Shown here: positions 9,948-18,598 of the stretch, piece by piece
How the letters are laid out: each line of letters opens with the position of its first letter
How positions within the stretch are numbered: position 1 is the first letter of the stretch
Assembly: GCA_031399965.1 (NCBI GenBank)
Contig: JANNPH010000002.1
Coordinates: forward strand, 7,373 to 71,372
Source: Gloeobacteraceae cyanobacterium SOY_34_metabat_159
Lineage (GTDB): Bacteria > Cyanobacteriota > Cyanobacteriia > Gloeobacterales > Gloeobacteraceae
Length of the DNA: 64,000 bases
Direction of reading: 5' to 3'
Made by a program: the position numbers and the translations under genes
Notes under the pieces: model-generated
Told to the model about the DNA's origin: nothing
The model's input: the letters and a program-made list of their open reading frames with translations, nothing else
Database searches by the model: none

Positions 9948-10181
9948 TCATTCGGGCGATCGGGCAGCTTCCATCCGCTGCCGCAGGCTGAGAGGCCGCA
10001 TGTCTGTCCAGACTTCTTTAATGTAGGCCAGGCACTCGGCCTTGGTGCCGCTCTTGCCACCATCCTGCCAGCCGAGCGCGTTCTCCCGCTCAGCAGGCCA
10101 GATCGAGTACTGCTCCTCGTGGTTCAAGACGACTTTGTAAAGGGTTTGATCTTCGCTATCCGCTGTACTCATTGCTTGCAT
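9948..10181 (-). CDS. MbtH-like protein
   Basis: 77 aa with [24 protein letters not shown]...[20 protein letters not shown], the MbtH signature tryptophans. Confidence 0.9.
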   Translation of the reverse strand: MQAMSTADSEDQTLYKVVLNHEEQYSIWPAERENALGWQDGGKSGTKAECLAYIKEVWTDMRPLSLRQRMEAARSPE

Positions 10182-10489
10182 CCGGGGTCAGTTGCCATTT
10201 AGCCCGTAGATCATAGGGCTCCCCGTCGCCCGCGTATAGTAATGTCCGCTACAGGCAAGAAACTGGGTATCGGCCTCCGGGTTGCCTCAAGGCCGCCGCC
10301 TCATGGGTAAATTCACGCTGACCCCTGAGCGCCGGACGCTCCGTGCCCTTGCGGTCGGGGAGGAGGCGCGACTAGCTTCGCTCATTGCATTTGCGCACCT
10401 GAAGTCTGAAATCATGTCAGACTCACTCCACAACAGGTTTCGATCGGCAGAGAGTGAGGCAGGGCGATTGTGATGGAGTCGAAGTCTTG

Positions 10490-11284
10490 ATGGCAGTTCA
10501 ACCGGTAGTCACCCCAAAGCCGATGCTCAAATGGGCGGGCGGCAAGCGTTGGCTGGTGCCGAGGCTGACAGCGGTCTGGAATCAGCACGCCCACCGGCGA
10601 CTCGTCGAACCTTTCGTGGGCGGCATGGCGGTCTCCCTCAGCCTGCAGCCGCAAGATGCCCTGCTGAGTGACAACAACCCCCACCTCATCAACTTTTACA
10701 CCTGGGTCCAGCGGGGGCTGACTGTCGAGATTGACCCCAGAAACGATTCGCAGTACTACTACGCCTGCCGGGCCAGGTTTAACGCACTTATCCTGGCGGG
10801 CGGACACCAGACGGCCGAGGCGGCTCAGCTTTTCTACTACCTGAACCGGACTACCTACAACGGATTGACGCGCTTCAACAGCAAAGGCACCTTCAATGCC
10901 CCTTTCGGACAATACAGGACAATCCACTACGCGACTGATTTTCTTGACTATGTCCCGGTGCTTGCGAACTGGACTTTTCAACAGGCGGATTTCGCTGAGT
11001 TGCAACTGGAGGCCGGTGATTTTATCTATGCCGACCCACCCTACGACGTCGAATTCACGATGTATAGCGCGGGGGGATTTGCCTGGCACGACCAGGAGCG
11101 GCTCGTCGAGTGGTTGGCCCGACATCCCGGTCCGGTAGTGCTCTCCAACCAGGCAACAGCGCGGATCCTTGCACTTTACGAAGCGGCAGGATTTACCATC
11201 GAGCTGCTCGACGCACCCCGCCGCATCGCCTGTAATGGCGACCGCACCCCAGCAAGAGAAGTGCTGGCCAGCAGAAACATCTGA
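10490..11284 (+). CDS. dam: DNA adenine methyltransferase (Dam family)
   Basis: N-terminal KWAGGKRWL, FVGGMAV (SAM-binding) and catalytic DPPY (IYADPPYD). Confidence 0.85.
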   Translation: MAVQPVVTPKPMLKWAGGKRWLVPRLTAVWNQHAHRRLVEPFVGGMAVSLSLQPQDALLSDNNPHLINFYTWVQRGLTVEIDPRNDSQYYYACRARFNALILAGGHQTAEAAQLFYYLNRTTYNGLTRFNSKGTFNAPFGQYRTIHYATDFLDYVPVLANWTFQQADFAELQLEAGDFIYADPPYDVEFTMYSAGGFAWHDQERLVEWLARHPGPVVLSNQATARILALYEAAGFTIELLDAPRRIACNGDRTPAREVLASRNI

Positions 11285-11310
11285 CGAGCGAACCGCGCTA
11301 AGATCGCTGC

Positions 11311-11901
11311 ATGCTCAAGGGTGTCAGTCTCTATCTAGTCGGCATGATGGGGTCGGGTAAATCGACGGTCGGTCGCCTGGTGGCCGCCAGACTCGGTTAC
11401 CACTTTCTCGACCTCGACGAACTGATCGAGAAGATCAGCGGCCTTTCAATCCCCCAGATCTTCGCCGAGCGCGGCGAAGTCGCCTTTCGCGAACTCGAAA
11501 CCCAGGTGCTGATGCAGGTGGCACCCTATACACGGGTCGTCGTCTCCACCGGCGGCGGTGTCGTGCTCACCCCCCGCAACTGGGGTCACCTGCGCCACGG
11601 CGTCGTGGTCTGGCTCGACGCACCGGTCGAAACTCTGGCAAGGCGAGCCCTCCAAAACCCCGGTACCCGCCCGCTGCTTACCGTTGCTGACCCCCAGGCA
11701 AAGCTTGCCCAGTTGCTCGAAGAACGCAAACCGCTCTATACCCAGGCTGATATCAGAGTCGAAGCGCAAGGCCCACCGGCTACAGTCGCAGAATCGGTAC
11801 TCATCCGTCTGGCAGAGCGTCTGGCGGAGGACCAGGAGGACCAGGAGGACGCGCAGTTGAACAATTGTCCACCATCCCTCCAGACTGAAGAGACCAGCTA
11901 G
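11311..11901 (+). CDS. aroK: Shikimate kinase
   Basis: LVGMMGSGKSTVGR P-loop and STGGGVV motif. Confidence 0.9.
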   Translation: MLKGVSLYLVGMMGSGKSTVGRLVAARLGYHFLDLDELIEKISGLSIPQIFAERGEVAFRELETQVLMQVAPYTRVVVSTGGGVVLTPRNWGHLRHGVVVWLDAPVETLARRALQNPGTRPLLTVADPQAKLAQLLEERKPLYTQADIRVEAQGPPATVAESVLIRLAERLAEDQEDQEDAQLNNCPPSLQTEETS

Positions 11902-11913
11902 CCGAGCAATTTT

Positions 11914-12198
11914 ATGAGCCCGATTGCACCCCAACCCCTTGAGCGCTTGATTGCCGTCTGCGAGCGGCAGTCTGAGACCGCTGAGCGCCAGCACCGCAGT
12001 ATCGAGGTGCTCGCGTCCGGTTTTATCGAGCAGGCGCGGGCGATTACCGAGATGGCACACACGACGCGCACGGTGGTGGAGACAGTTCGTCGGGCGGCCG
12101 AGGCGAGCGAATCGGCGGCCCTGCTCACCCGGCGCAATACCGAGGCCATCCGGGCGCTTATCGAGCTATTGCAGCGGACGCACCGTGACGATGGGTGA
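11914..12198 (+). CDS. Small helical hypothetical protein
   Basis: 94-aa ORF with host-like codon usage. Its stop overlaps the next gene's ATG (ATGGGTGA), suggesting translational coupling. I recognise no family. Confidence 0.45.
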   Translation: MSPIAPQPLERLIAVCERQSETAERQHRSIEVLASGFIEQARAITEMAHTTRTVVETVRRAAEASESAALLTRRNTEAIRALIELLQRTHRDDG

Positions 12199-13447
12199 AC
12201 CTTTCGATGTATTGATCCTCTCCAACGGTCCGGGGGAAGTCAGTACCTGGGTGCGCCCCGTCGCCCGCGAACTGAGCGAACGCTGGCCGGGAGCACGCAT
12301 CTCGCTGATTCTCGCTCCCGATGTCAACAGTTCCGGCAAAGAGGCCGAGATGGCGGCGGGCTTTGTCGGGATCGCTCGCGTGCAACCGGCAAAAGACTAT
12401 CTCAAATTTTTGTTGACCGGGCGCACCGCTCAAAACTGGGACTGGGCCAGGCGCGGTATCGTGCTCTTTTTGGGAGGAGATCAGGGGTTTTCCGCTTTTA
12501 TTGCCCGCCGCATGGGTTACCCGATCGTCGCCTACGCCGAGTGGGAAGCGCGCTGGCCCCGCTGGTTCAATCGCTTCGGCCTGCGCGAAGAATCGGTGCG
12601 CGGGCGCTCTACTAAAGAGCGCTTCAGTGGCCAGTTTCAGGTGGTCGGCGACTTGATGATCGACGCGGTGCAGCCTGACCCCGCCGCGCGAGAACGCCTG
12701 CGCACGCTGCTTGGAGCAGGTCAGGCCGGAGTCGTGGCGCTGCTGCCCGGCTCCAAACCACTCAAGCTTTCCCTCGGCATTCCACTTTTTCTGGGGGCTA
12801 TCGACCGACTGGCACGCGAGCGCCCCGGCCTGTCCTTTTTCATCCCGGTCGCTCCTGGCTTGAGCGGCGACGACCTGGCCCGCTACGCACGGCCCGACAA
12901 CCCCGACCTCGCTCTAGTCGGTGGCGAGAGTGCCGTTTTGCACTCGGAGCACGGGGCTGATTATCTGGTGTGCCCGAGCGGGACGCGGGTGCGGCTGTTT
13001 TACGAGCGTCCCGCCTACGACTTGCTGGCGCTGAGCGACCTGGCCCTCACGACCGTGGGGGCCAACACGGCCGAACTCGGTATCCTCGGCGTGCCGATGG
13101 TGGTCGTCATTCCCACCAACCGCTGGGATGTGATGCGCGCCTGGGACGGGGTGCCGGGACTTTTGAGCGCTCTACCCGTGGTCGGGGGTGCAGTCGCCTC
13201 TTTTATCAATCGACGCATCGTGGGGCGGCTGGGCCTATTGGCCTGGCCCAATATCCGCGCCGGCCGCATGGTCGTGCCGGAGTTGTGCCGCCACCTCACA
13301 GCGAGCGACCTGGTGCCGGTGCTCAGCGAGTGGCTCGACGACCCCGAGCGGCGCACCCGCACTTCAATAGAACTAAAAGAGGTAATGGGAAAAACCGGGG
13401 CGGTCAAAGCCTTCGTGGATCTGGCCGATGCAGTTCTACGCTGCTGA
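12191..13447 (+). CDS. Lipid-A-disaccharide synthase-related protein (LpxB-like glycosyltransferase)
   Basis: MGEPFDVLILSNGPGEVSTWVRPV... matches the N-terminus of the cyanobacterial LpxB-related family. The gene lies next to lpxD. The ORF-track start at 11951 is an Arg-rich extension overlapping the previous ORF. Confidence 0.7.
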   Translation: MGEPFDVLILSNGPGEVSTWVRPVARELSERWPGARISLILAPDVNSSGKEAEMAAGFVGIARVQPAKDYLKFLLTGRTAQNWDWARRGIVLFLGGDQGFSAFIARRMGYPIVAYAEWEARWPRWFNRFGLREESVRGRSTKERFSGQFQVVGDLMIDAVQPDPAARERLRTLLGAGQAGVVALLPGSKPLKLSLGIPLFLGAIDRLARERPGLSFFIPVAPGLSGDDLARYARPDNPDLALVGGESAVLHSEHGADYLVCPSGTRVRLFYERPAYDLLALSDLALTTVGANTAELGILGVPMVVVIPTNRWDVMRAWDGVPGLLSALPVVGGAVASFINRRIVGRLGLLAWPNIRAGRMVVPELCRHLTASDLVPVLSEWLDDPERRTRTSIELKEVMGKTGAVKAFVDLADAVLRC

Positions 13448-13495
13448 CGACGATGCTGTAGAATCTGCCTAATAGTCTTCAGGGCAATCGTCTCG

Positions 13496-14521
13496 ATGAA
13501 GCTTGGGCAACTGGCAGAGCAGTTGAGTTGTGCGGTGGAAGGCAACTCCGATGTCGAGATTCGCGGCCTGGCCTCTATCCAACAGGCCGGTCCCGGCGAA
13601 TTGAGCTTTATCGAGGGCGATAAGCACATCCGGCTCATCAAAGGGACCCGCGCCGAAGCGCTCATCCTCCACCCCAAGATTCTCGACCCCGGCCTGCCCT
13701 GTCTGCGCACTGAAAACCCCCGCCTTGTCTTTGCTCGTGCTCTCGCCCTTTTCTATCAGCCCCGTCGCCCGCGTCCGGGCATTCACCCGACCGCCGTCAT
13801 CGGTCAAAACGTGCGCATCGACAGTACCGCCCACCTCGGTCCGCACGTAGTCGTCGGCGACGACACCGTCATCGAAGCAGGTGTGATTATTCACCCCAAC
13901 TGCACCCTCTACGAAGGGGTGCGCGTCGGAGCCCACACCGTCATCCATGCCAACTGCGCCATCCACGAACGCACCGAGATTGGTGCTGAGTGCATCTTGC
14001 AGTCGGGCGTGGTGCTCGGCGGCGAGGGCTTCGGCTTTGTGCCGATGGCCGACGGCTCCTGGCACAAGATGCCGCAGTCGGGATATGTGGTGGTTGGCGA
14101 CGGTGTCGAAGTCGGCGCCAATACAACCATCGACCGGCCGGCGGTCGGCTCTACTGAGATCGGCTGCGGCACCAAAATTGACAACCTGGTGATGGTCGGC
14201 CACGGCTGCTCGACCGGCGAACACTGTCTGCTGGTCTCCCAGGTCGGCCTCGCAGGCGGTGCCCGACTCGGCCGAAACGTCATGCTGGCCGGTCAGGTCG
14301 GCGTGGCCGACCACGTCACCATCGGCGACCGGGCCGTCGCCACTGCCCAATCCGGCATCCCGAGCGATATCGAGGCCGGCACCCTCGTCTCCGGCTACCC
14401 GGCGATGCCCCACTCCATCTTTCTGCGGGTAGCTGCCATCTACCGGAGGCTACCTGAGCTTTATGCCGCAGTCCGCGACTTGCAGCGCAAGGTCAGCGCC
14501 CTTCAGCACCGCGCCGATTGA
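13496..14521 (+). CDS. lpxD: UDP-3-O-acylglucosamine N-acyltransferase
   Basis: LpxD N-terminal domain (LASIQQAGPGELSFIEGDKH) followed by long left-handed beta-helix hexapeptide repeats. Confidence 0.9.
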   Translation: MKLGQLAEQLSCAVEGNSDVEIRGLASIQQAGPGELSFIEGDKHIRLIKGTRAEALILHPKILDPGLPCLRTENPRLVFARALALFYQPRRPRPGIHPTAVIGQNVRIDSTAHLGPHVVVGDDTVIEAGVIIHPNCTLYEGVRVGAHTVIHANCAIHERTEIGAECILQSGVVLGGEGFGFVPMADGSWHKMPQSGYVVVGDGVEVGANTTIDRPAVGSTEIGCGTKIDNLVMVGHGCSTGEHCLLVSQVGLAGGARLGRNVMLAGQVGVADHVTIGDRAVATAQSGIPSDIEAGTLVSGYPAMPHSIFLRVAAIYRRLPELYAAVRDLQRKVSALQHRAD

Positions 14522-14564
14522 GCGGTTGTGCTAACTTCGTGGCTGTCTCGCGATTTTTAGGCGC

Positions 14565-14723
14565 ATGATCGAGCAAAAAGACGACGCAAAAGTGCCCCTC
14601 TTCGGCTTTACACCCTTCGCCGAACTGTTGAATGGTCGCCTGGCGATGATCGGGTTCGTCTTGACTTTGATTATCGAGGCGAGCACCCGCCAGAGCCTTC
14701 TGCAGTGGCTGGGTTTCCAGTAG
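14565..14723 (+). CDS. hli: High-light-inducible protein (HLIP, CAB/ELIP/HLIP family)
   Basis: 52 aa, below the ORF-track cutoff: MIEQKDDAKVPLFGFTPFAELLNGRLAMIGFVLTLIIE..., containing the chlorophyll-binding motif ExxNGRxAMxGF. Confidence 0.85.
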   Translation: MIEQKDDAKVPLFGFTPFAELLNGRLAMIGFVLTLIIEASTRQSLLQWLGFQ

Positions 14724-15295
14724 CTCCAAGGCCCCAACTCTTACTCGCGTCAGCCTCGCCCCGGCGGCGAGAGCTACTGCTGCAGTTGGGTGTCGAATTT
14801 CGGGTGGTGCCGAGTGCCTATCCGGAGCAGATGGATAATGCAAGCGACCCTGGCGAGCTGGTCGTTCAGAATAGTCTCGGCAAAGCCCGCGACGTGCAGG
14901 CCCGCGAACCGGGCCTGATTCTCGGTGCTGACACGATTGTCGTCCTGGATGGAACTATCTACGGCAAACCGCGGGACACAGGCGAGGCGGTGCACATGCT
15001 CACCAAGCTGCAAGGCCGCTGGCACACTGTCCACACTGGTCAGGCCCTAGTGGACGCTCACCGGGAGTGCGCCCGGCATCGCTCGACGCGTGTCCGGTTG
15101 CGGACAATGAGCACAGATCAAATCCGCGCCTACGTATCGAGCGGCGAACCGCTCGACAAAGCGGGAGCCTACGCCATCCAGGGGCTTGGTGCGGCTCTGG
15201 TCGAGGCAATCGACGGCTGTTATACGACCGTGGTCGGCCTATCGTTGCCGATGCTAGTCGATATGCTCTTTGAATTTGAGCAATTTGTCTTCTAA
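14705..15295 (+). CDS. maf: Maf-like nucleoside triphosphate pyrophosphatase
   Basis: LLLASASPRRRELL, GADTIV and KAGAYAIQG motifs. The GTG start at 14705 overlaps the hli stop, so the start is uncertain. Confidence 0.85.
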   Translation: MAGFPVAPRPQLLLASASPRRRELLLQLGVEFRVVPSAYPEQMDNASDPGELVVQNSLGKARDVQAREPGLILGADTIVVLDGTIYGKPRDTGEAVHMLTKLQGRWHTVHTGQALVDAHRECARHRSTRVRLRTMSTDQIRAYVSSGEPLDKAGAYAIQGLGAALVEAIDGCYTTVVGLSLPMLVDMLFEFEQFVF

Positions 15296-15405
15296 GCAGA
15301 TGTACGCTTCCCCGCAGCGGCAAGTACCTGCATTCCCCCAGTTCTGGGCTTGACAGGGGATAGCATGGAGTCAGTCTCTTTCGAGCCGTCGGCTTCGATT
15401 CCCCC

Positions 15406-15768
15406 ATGTTGCACTTCATGCGTATTGCCGTTCTGACTTTCAGCATCGCGGTGCTCACCACGGTCCAGCCGGCCCGTGCCGACGTCTGGCAGGGGAGCGG
15501 TCAGGTTGTCAGTGGTCCCGGTGCGGGTGCGACGGTGCCTTTGACGGTCGATTATGACGGTCAAAATTTAAAAACGCTTTCCGGTCCTACGCTCGAAGGT
15601 TCGCAAGTCCGCATCGAGCAGCAGGGCGACTCGCTGGAACTGACCCTTTTTCGCAGCAATAACCAGATAGTCAAATACCGGCTCAGGCGTGTAAGTACGA
15701 GCAACGACAATCGCCGCAGCCAGGTCGGTCTCGGGACCGGTGCGCCCGGCCGTCTGGCCAGCCGCTAG
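15406..15768 (+). CDS. Secreted hypothetical protein
   Basis: Signal peptide (IAVLTFSIAVLTTVQPARA). I recognise no family. Confidence 0.5.
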   Translation: MLHFMRIAVLTFSIAVLTTVQPARADVWQGSGQVVSGPGAGATVPLTVDYDGQNLKTLSGPTLEGSQVRIEQQGDSLELTLFRSNNQIVKYRLRRVSTSNDNRRSQVGLGTGAPGRLASR

Positions 15769-15801
15769 GATAGCTTTGAGGTGTCGGGCGGCCGGTAAAT
15801 T

Positions 15802-16479
15802 TTGAGACTCGGAATCTTTACAGATGTACACGGCGACCTGCATGCGCTCCACAAGGTGCTGAACGCTCTGGAACAGGCGCGGGCAGACGCCCTCGTCTGC
15901 CTGGGTGACCTGGTGGTCCACGGCCAGCGTCCCAACGAAGTGGTCGATCTCGTCCGTGCCCTTGCAATCCCGACCGTCGGCGGCAACCACGACCACGGGG
16001 CCATCCACTACGGCCGCGATCCGGGCTTACAGTTTTTCAATCCCAAGTCCGAACTGCATACCGCCCTCACCCAACCCCGCCTCAGCCCGGAAAATCGCGC
16101 TTTTTTGAGTACCCTGCCCGAAACACTGACTCCCCATGCGCAGGTGCATTGCGTCCACGCCTCTTACCGCGACCGCTACGCATTGCTCTATTCATCGGTG
16201 GTAGTGGATCAGGTACTGGAAGACGCAATCGCTCCAGTGACGCTATCGGGCCATACCCACCGCACCCGCATCCACGTGCTCGGCGCGGGTGGCGAAGCGT
16301 CGGAAGTTGACCCCTGGGCAGCAGGCGGGACCAGTTTTACTTGCGAACTTGACTGGGACCAGGAGAAATATATCCTCAATTGCGGCAACACTTCTCAACT
16401 GCTTTACGACCGGCTACCGTCAGTCTGCGGTCTACTCGACACCGGCAACCAGACGATCACCTGGAAGCGCGTATATTAA
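15802..16479 (+). CDS. Metallophosphoesterase (YfcE-like)
   Basis: Motifs GIFTDVHGD, CLGDLV, GGNHD and SGHTH. TTG start. Confidence 0.8.
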   Translation: MRLGIFTDVHGDLHALHKVLNALEQARADALVCLGDLVVHGQRPNEVVDLVRALAIPTVGGNHDHGAIHYGRDPGLQFFNPKSELHTALTQPRLSPENRAFLSTLPETLTPHAQVHCVHASYRDRYALLYSSVVVDQVLEDAIAPVTLSGHTHRTRIHVLGAGGEASEVDPWAAGGTSFTCELDWDQEKYILNCGNTSQLLYDRLPSVCGLLDTGNQTITWKRVY

Positions 16480-16524
16480 CGGACCGTATATCAACGGATA
16501 TTGTGAAGCGCGTATGTTGGCGGA
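16467..16524 (+). repeat. Three copies of a 14-nt motif CGTAT(A/G)T(T/C)(A/G)(A/G)CGGA
   Basis: cgtatattaacgga (16470), cgtatatcaacgga (16485) and cgtatgttggcgga (16511). Copies 1 and 3 are each preceded by gcg. The copies lie upstream of the 16593 membrane-protein gene. Confidence 0.5.
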
Positions 16525-16592
16525 TGTTTTCGCGGGGCACCAGAGGCGAGAATCGGCCTAGCCTCTCTCAACCGGGCATCGCGCGGTCAACC

Positions 16593-16955
16593 ATGATGAT
16601 AGACACCCACGTCAGAACGATTCAGCGCCTCCACAGAGCCCAGAAAGTCCGGCGCACCGCACGCCTCAGCCGACGCACCAACGCGGTCGTCGAGTTTGCG
16701 GTCTCGGTTGTGAGCTTACTGCTGCTTGCCGGGTTCATACTCGACCTCATCGACTGGTCTCGCAACCACGATGTCGTCACAGCCCTGCTGCATCGCTTTG
16801 CAGACTTCCTGGTCCTGCCTTTTCACACCTGGCTCAGCTACTTGACGGTCTCTTTCACTGGCGGCGTCTTTTCGCCGATCTATCTCATCGCGGCTGCCAC
16901 TTATATCCTGTTCGGCCTGGCAACGTCGGCACTGGTCCGCCGCCTGCTCCGCTAG
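16593..16955 (+). CDS. Small membrane protein (hypothetical)
   Basis: Two to three hydrophobic helices (FAVSVVSLLLLAGFILDLI; IYLIAAATYILFGLATSALV). The ATG at 16593 was chosen over the longer track ORF. Confidence 0.5.
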   Translation: MMIDTHVRTIQRLHRAQKVRRTARLSRRTNAVVEFAVSVVSLLLLAGFILDLIDWSRNHDVVTALLHRFADFLVLPFHTWLSYLTVSFTGGVFSPIYLIAAATYILFGLATSALVRRLLR

Positions 16956-16964
16956 AAGGCAATC

Positions 16965-18569
16965 TCAGGCACGTACTTTTTGAGAATAGAACGAGGCAGA
17001 TTCCTGCCCGCTCGCGCATTCGCGGGCAAACGAGATCAGGTGGTGGCTCACGAGCGCGACGTGAATCAGTTCTTCGATCTTGCCGGCCTGCAGAGCAGGG
17101 GCTGCCATCTTCCAGAACGTTTCGCGGTAGTCGCCGAGAATACCGACCTGCCAGAAAATATTGCTCAGTAGCGTGACGCCTTTGACGATGTTGTCCCAGG
17201 AGGTGCGCTCGGGGCTATTGGGGACCGTGATCCGGTTCGGGTAGGTGTGGACCAGGTTGTAGGCAAAGCGCTCATAGAGAAATTCGGGCGAATACGCAGT
17301 CGAGATACACTGACGCCACATCTCGACCACCTGATCGTGGGGCAGGCGAAATTCGACGTTCGACTCGCGCGCTTCATCGAAGACGAGGCGGCCTTCGCGC
17401 TCCAGCCGGTCCCAGAGCGGGGTGCGCGGCAGGGCATGCAGCAGATTGATGGTCAGCATCGGCATCTGCGAGTGGCGGATGAATTCGAGGATGCGCTTTG
17501 GGGTGTCGGGAGTGTCGGTGTCGAGGCCCATGATGATCCCTGAGACCACTTCCATGCCGTAAGAATTGAGTTTCTTGATCGCCTCCAGAATCGGCATGCT
17601 CAGGTTATGAGTCTTTGAAATCGATTTAAGCGCCTCCGGTTCGGGGGTCTCGATGCCGCAGAAGACCGTGCAAAAGTAGGCTTCGCGCATCTGCTCCAGG
17701 ATTTTGGGACTCTGGGCGATGTTGAGGGTCGCCTCACAGGCAAACTGGATCGGGTAGCCGTTGCGCTTTTGCCAGGCGATCAGGTGTGGCAACAGTTCGC
17801 CCACGGCCCGGCGGTTGCCGATGAAGTTGTCGTCCACGAAGTAGACCGCTCCGGGGTTGCCTGAGCGCAGCATCGCGTCGAGTTCGGCGGTGACCTGCTC
17901 GGGCGTCTTCAGACGTGGGTTACTGCCGTAAAGAGCAGGGATGTCGCAGAATTCGCAGTTGTAAGGGCAGCCGCTCGAGAACTGCACGTTCGCGAGGAAG
18001 TAATTTTTCATCTCGACTAAGTGGTAGGCCGGGACCGGGAACTCGTCGAGGGGTAGGCGTTCTTGCGTCTCGAAGCGAATCTGGGCCTGCGGGCGCTCGT
18101 TGTGCTGGTCGATATAGGCAATCATCGCGTCGGTGGCATCGCCGAGTTCGCCCAGGTGCAAAAGGTCGAAGTCGGGGTAATATTCCGGGCAGCCGGACAC
18201 CGACGGCCCACCGAGGGCGGTGAGCTTGCCGTAGCGGTGCGCAAGCCGGTTGATGCGCTCGATTTGCGGCCTCTGGATGTGCATGCCGCTCACGATTACC
18301 GCGTCCGCCCAGCGGTAATCGGCGTCGGTTGCCTGCCGGACGTTCTGGTCGATGAAGCGTACCTCCCAGGTGGCGGGCAGGTAGGCGGCGACGACCAGGA
18401 TGCCCTGGGGGGGCATGAAGGCGCGTACGTTGCCGCCCATCAGCGGATAGGCGTGCTCGAAAGTCCCGAAGGAGGGGCTGTAGGCCGGGAAGACACAGAG
18501 GATACGCCGGGAGTGGCGGGGTGCGTAGCTAGTCCGCTTGCCGGTGTGCGCCGGGGCTGCTTGCGTCAT
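16965..18569 (-). CDS. B12-binding-domain radical SAM protein
   Basis: N-terminal cobalamin-binding-like domain, SSGCPYNCEFCDIP (CxxxCxxC cluster) and a long C-terminal extension. Confidence 0.85.
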   Translation of the reverse strand: MTQAAPAHTGKRTSYAPRHSRRILCVFPAYSPSFGTFEHAYPLMGGNVRAFMPPQGILVVAAYLPATWEVRFIDQNVRQATDADYRWADAVIVSGMHIQRPQIERINRLAHRYGKLTALGGPSVSGCPEYYPDFDLLHLGELGDATDAMIAYIDQHNERPQAQIRFETQERLPLDEFPVPAYHLVEMKNYFLANVQFSSGCPYNCEFCDIPALYGSNPRLKTPEQVTAELDAMLRSGNPGAVYFVDDNFIGNRRAVGELLPHLIAWQKRNGYPIQFACEATLNIAQSPKILEQMREAYFCTVFCGIETPEPEALKSISKTHNLSMPILEAIKKLNSYGMEVVSGIIMGLDTDTPDTPKRILEFIRHSQMPMLTINLLHALPRTPLWDRLEREGRLVFDEARESNVEFRLPHDQVVEMWRQCISTAYSPEFLYERFAYNLVHTYPNRITVPNSPERTSWDNIVKGVTLLSNIFWQVGILGDYRETFWKMAAPALQAGKIEELIHVALVSHHLISFARECASGQESASFYSQKVRA

Positions 18570-18598
18570 CGGTTTCTCCTTCGGTATTCGGTATTCAG

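Noticed and set aside
9890-10063. N-terminal 58-aa extension of the thioesterase ORF given in the track.
   Set aside because: It overlaps the MbtH gene in another frame. The thioesterase homology only begins after the Met at 9889.
11951-12190. 80-aa Arg-rich N-terminal extension of the LpxB-related ORF.
   Set aside because: The conserved family N-terminus starts at MGEPFDVLIL (12191). The extension overlaps a better-looking small ORF in another frame.
13469-14413. 314-aa minus-strand ORF rich in Asp/Gly/Ala/Val.
   Set aside because: It is the mirror image of the lpxD hexapeptide-repeat region. Its periodicity comes from the sense-strand repeats.
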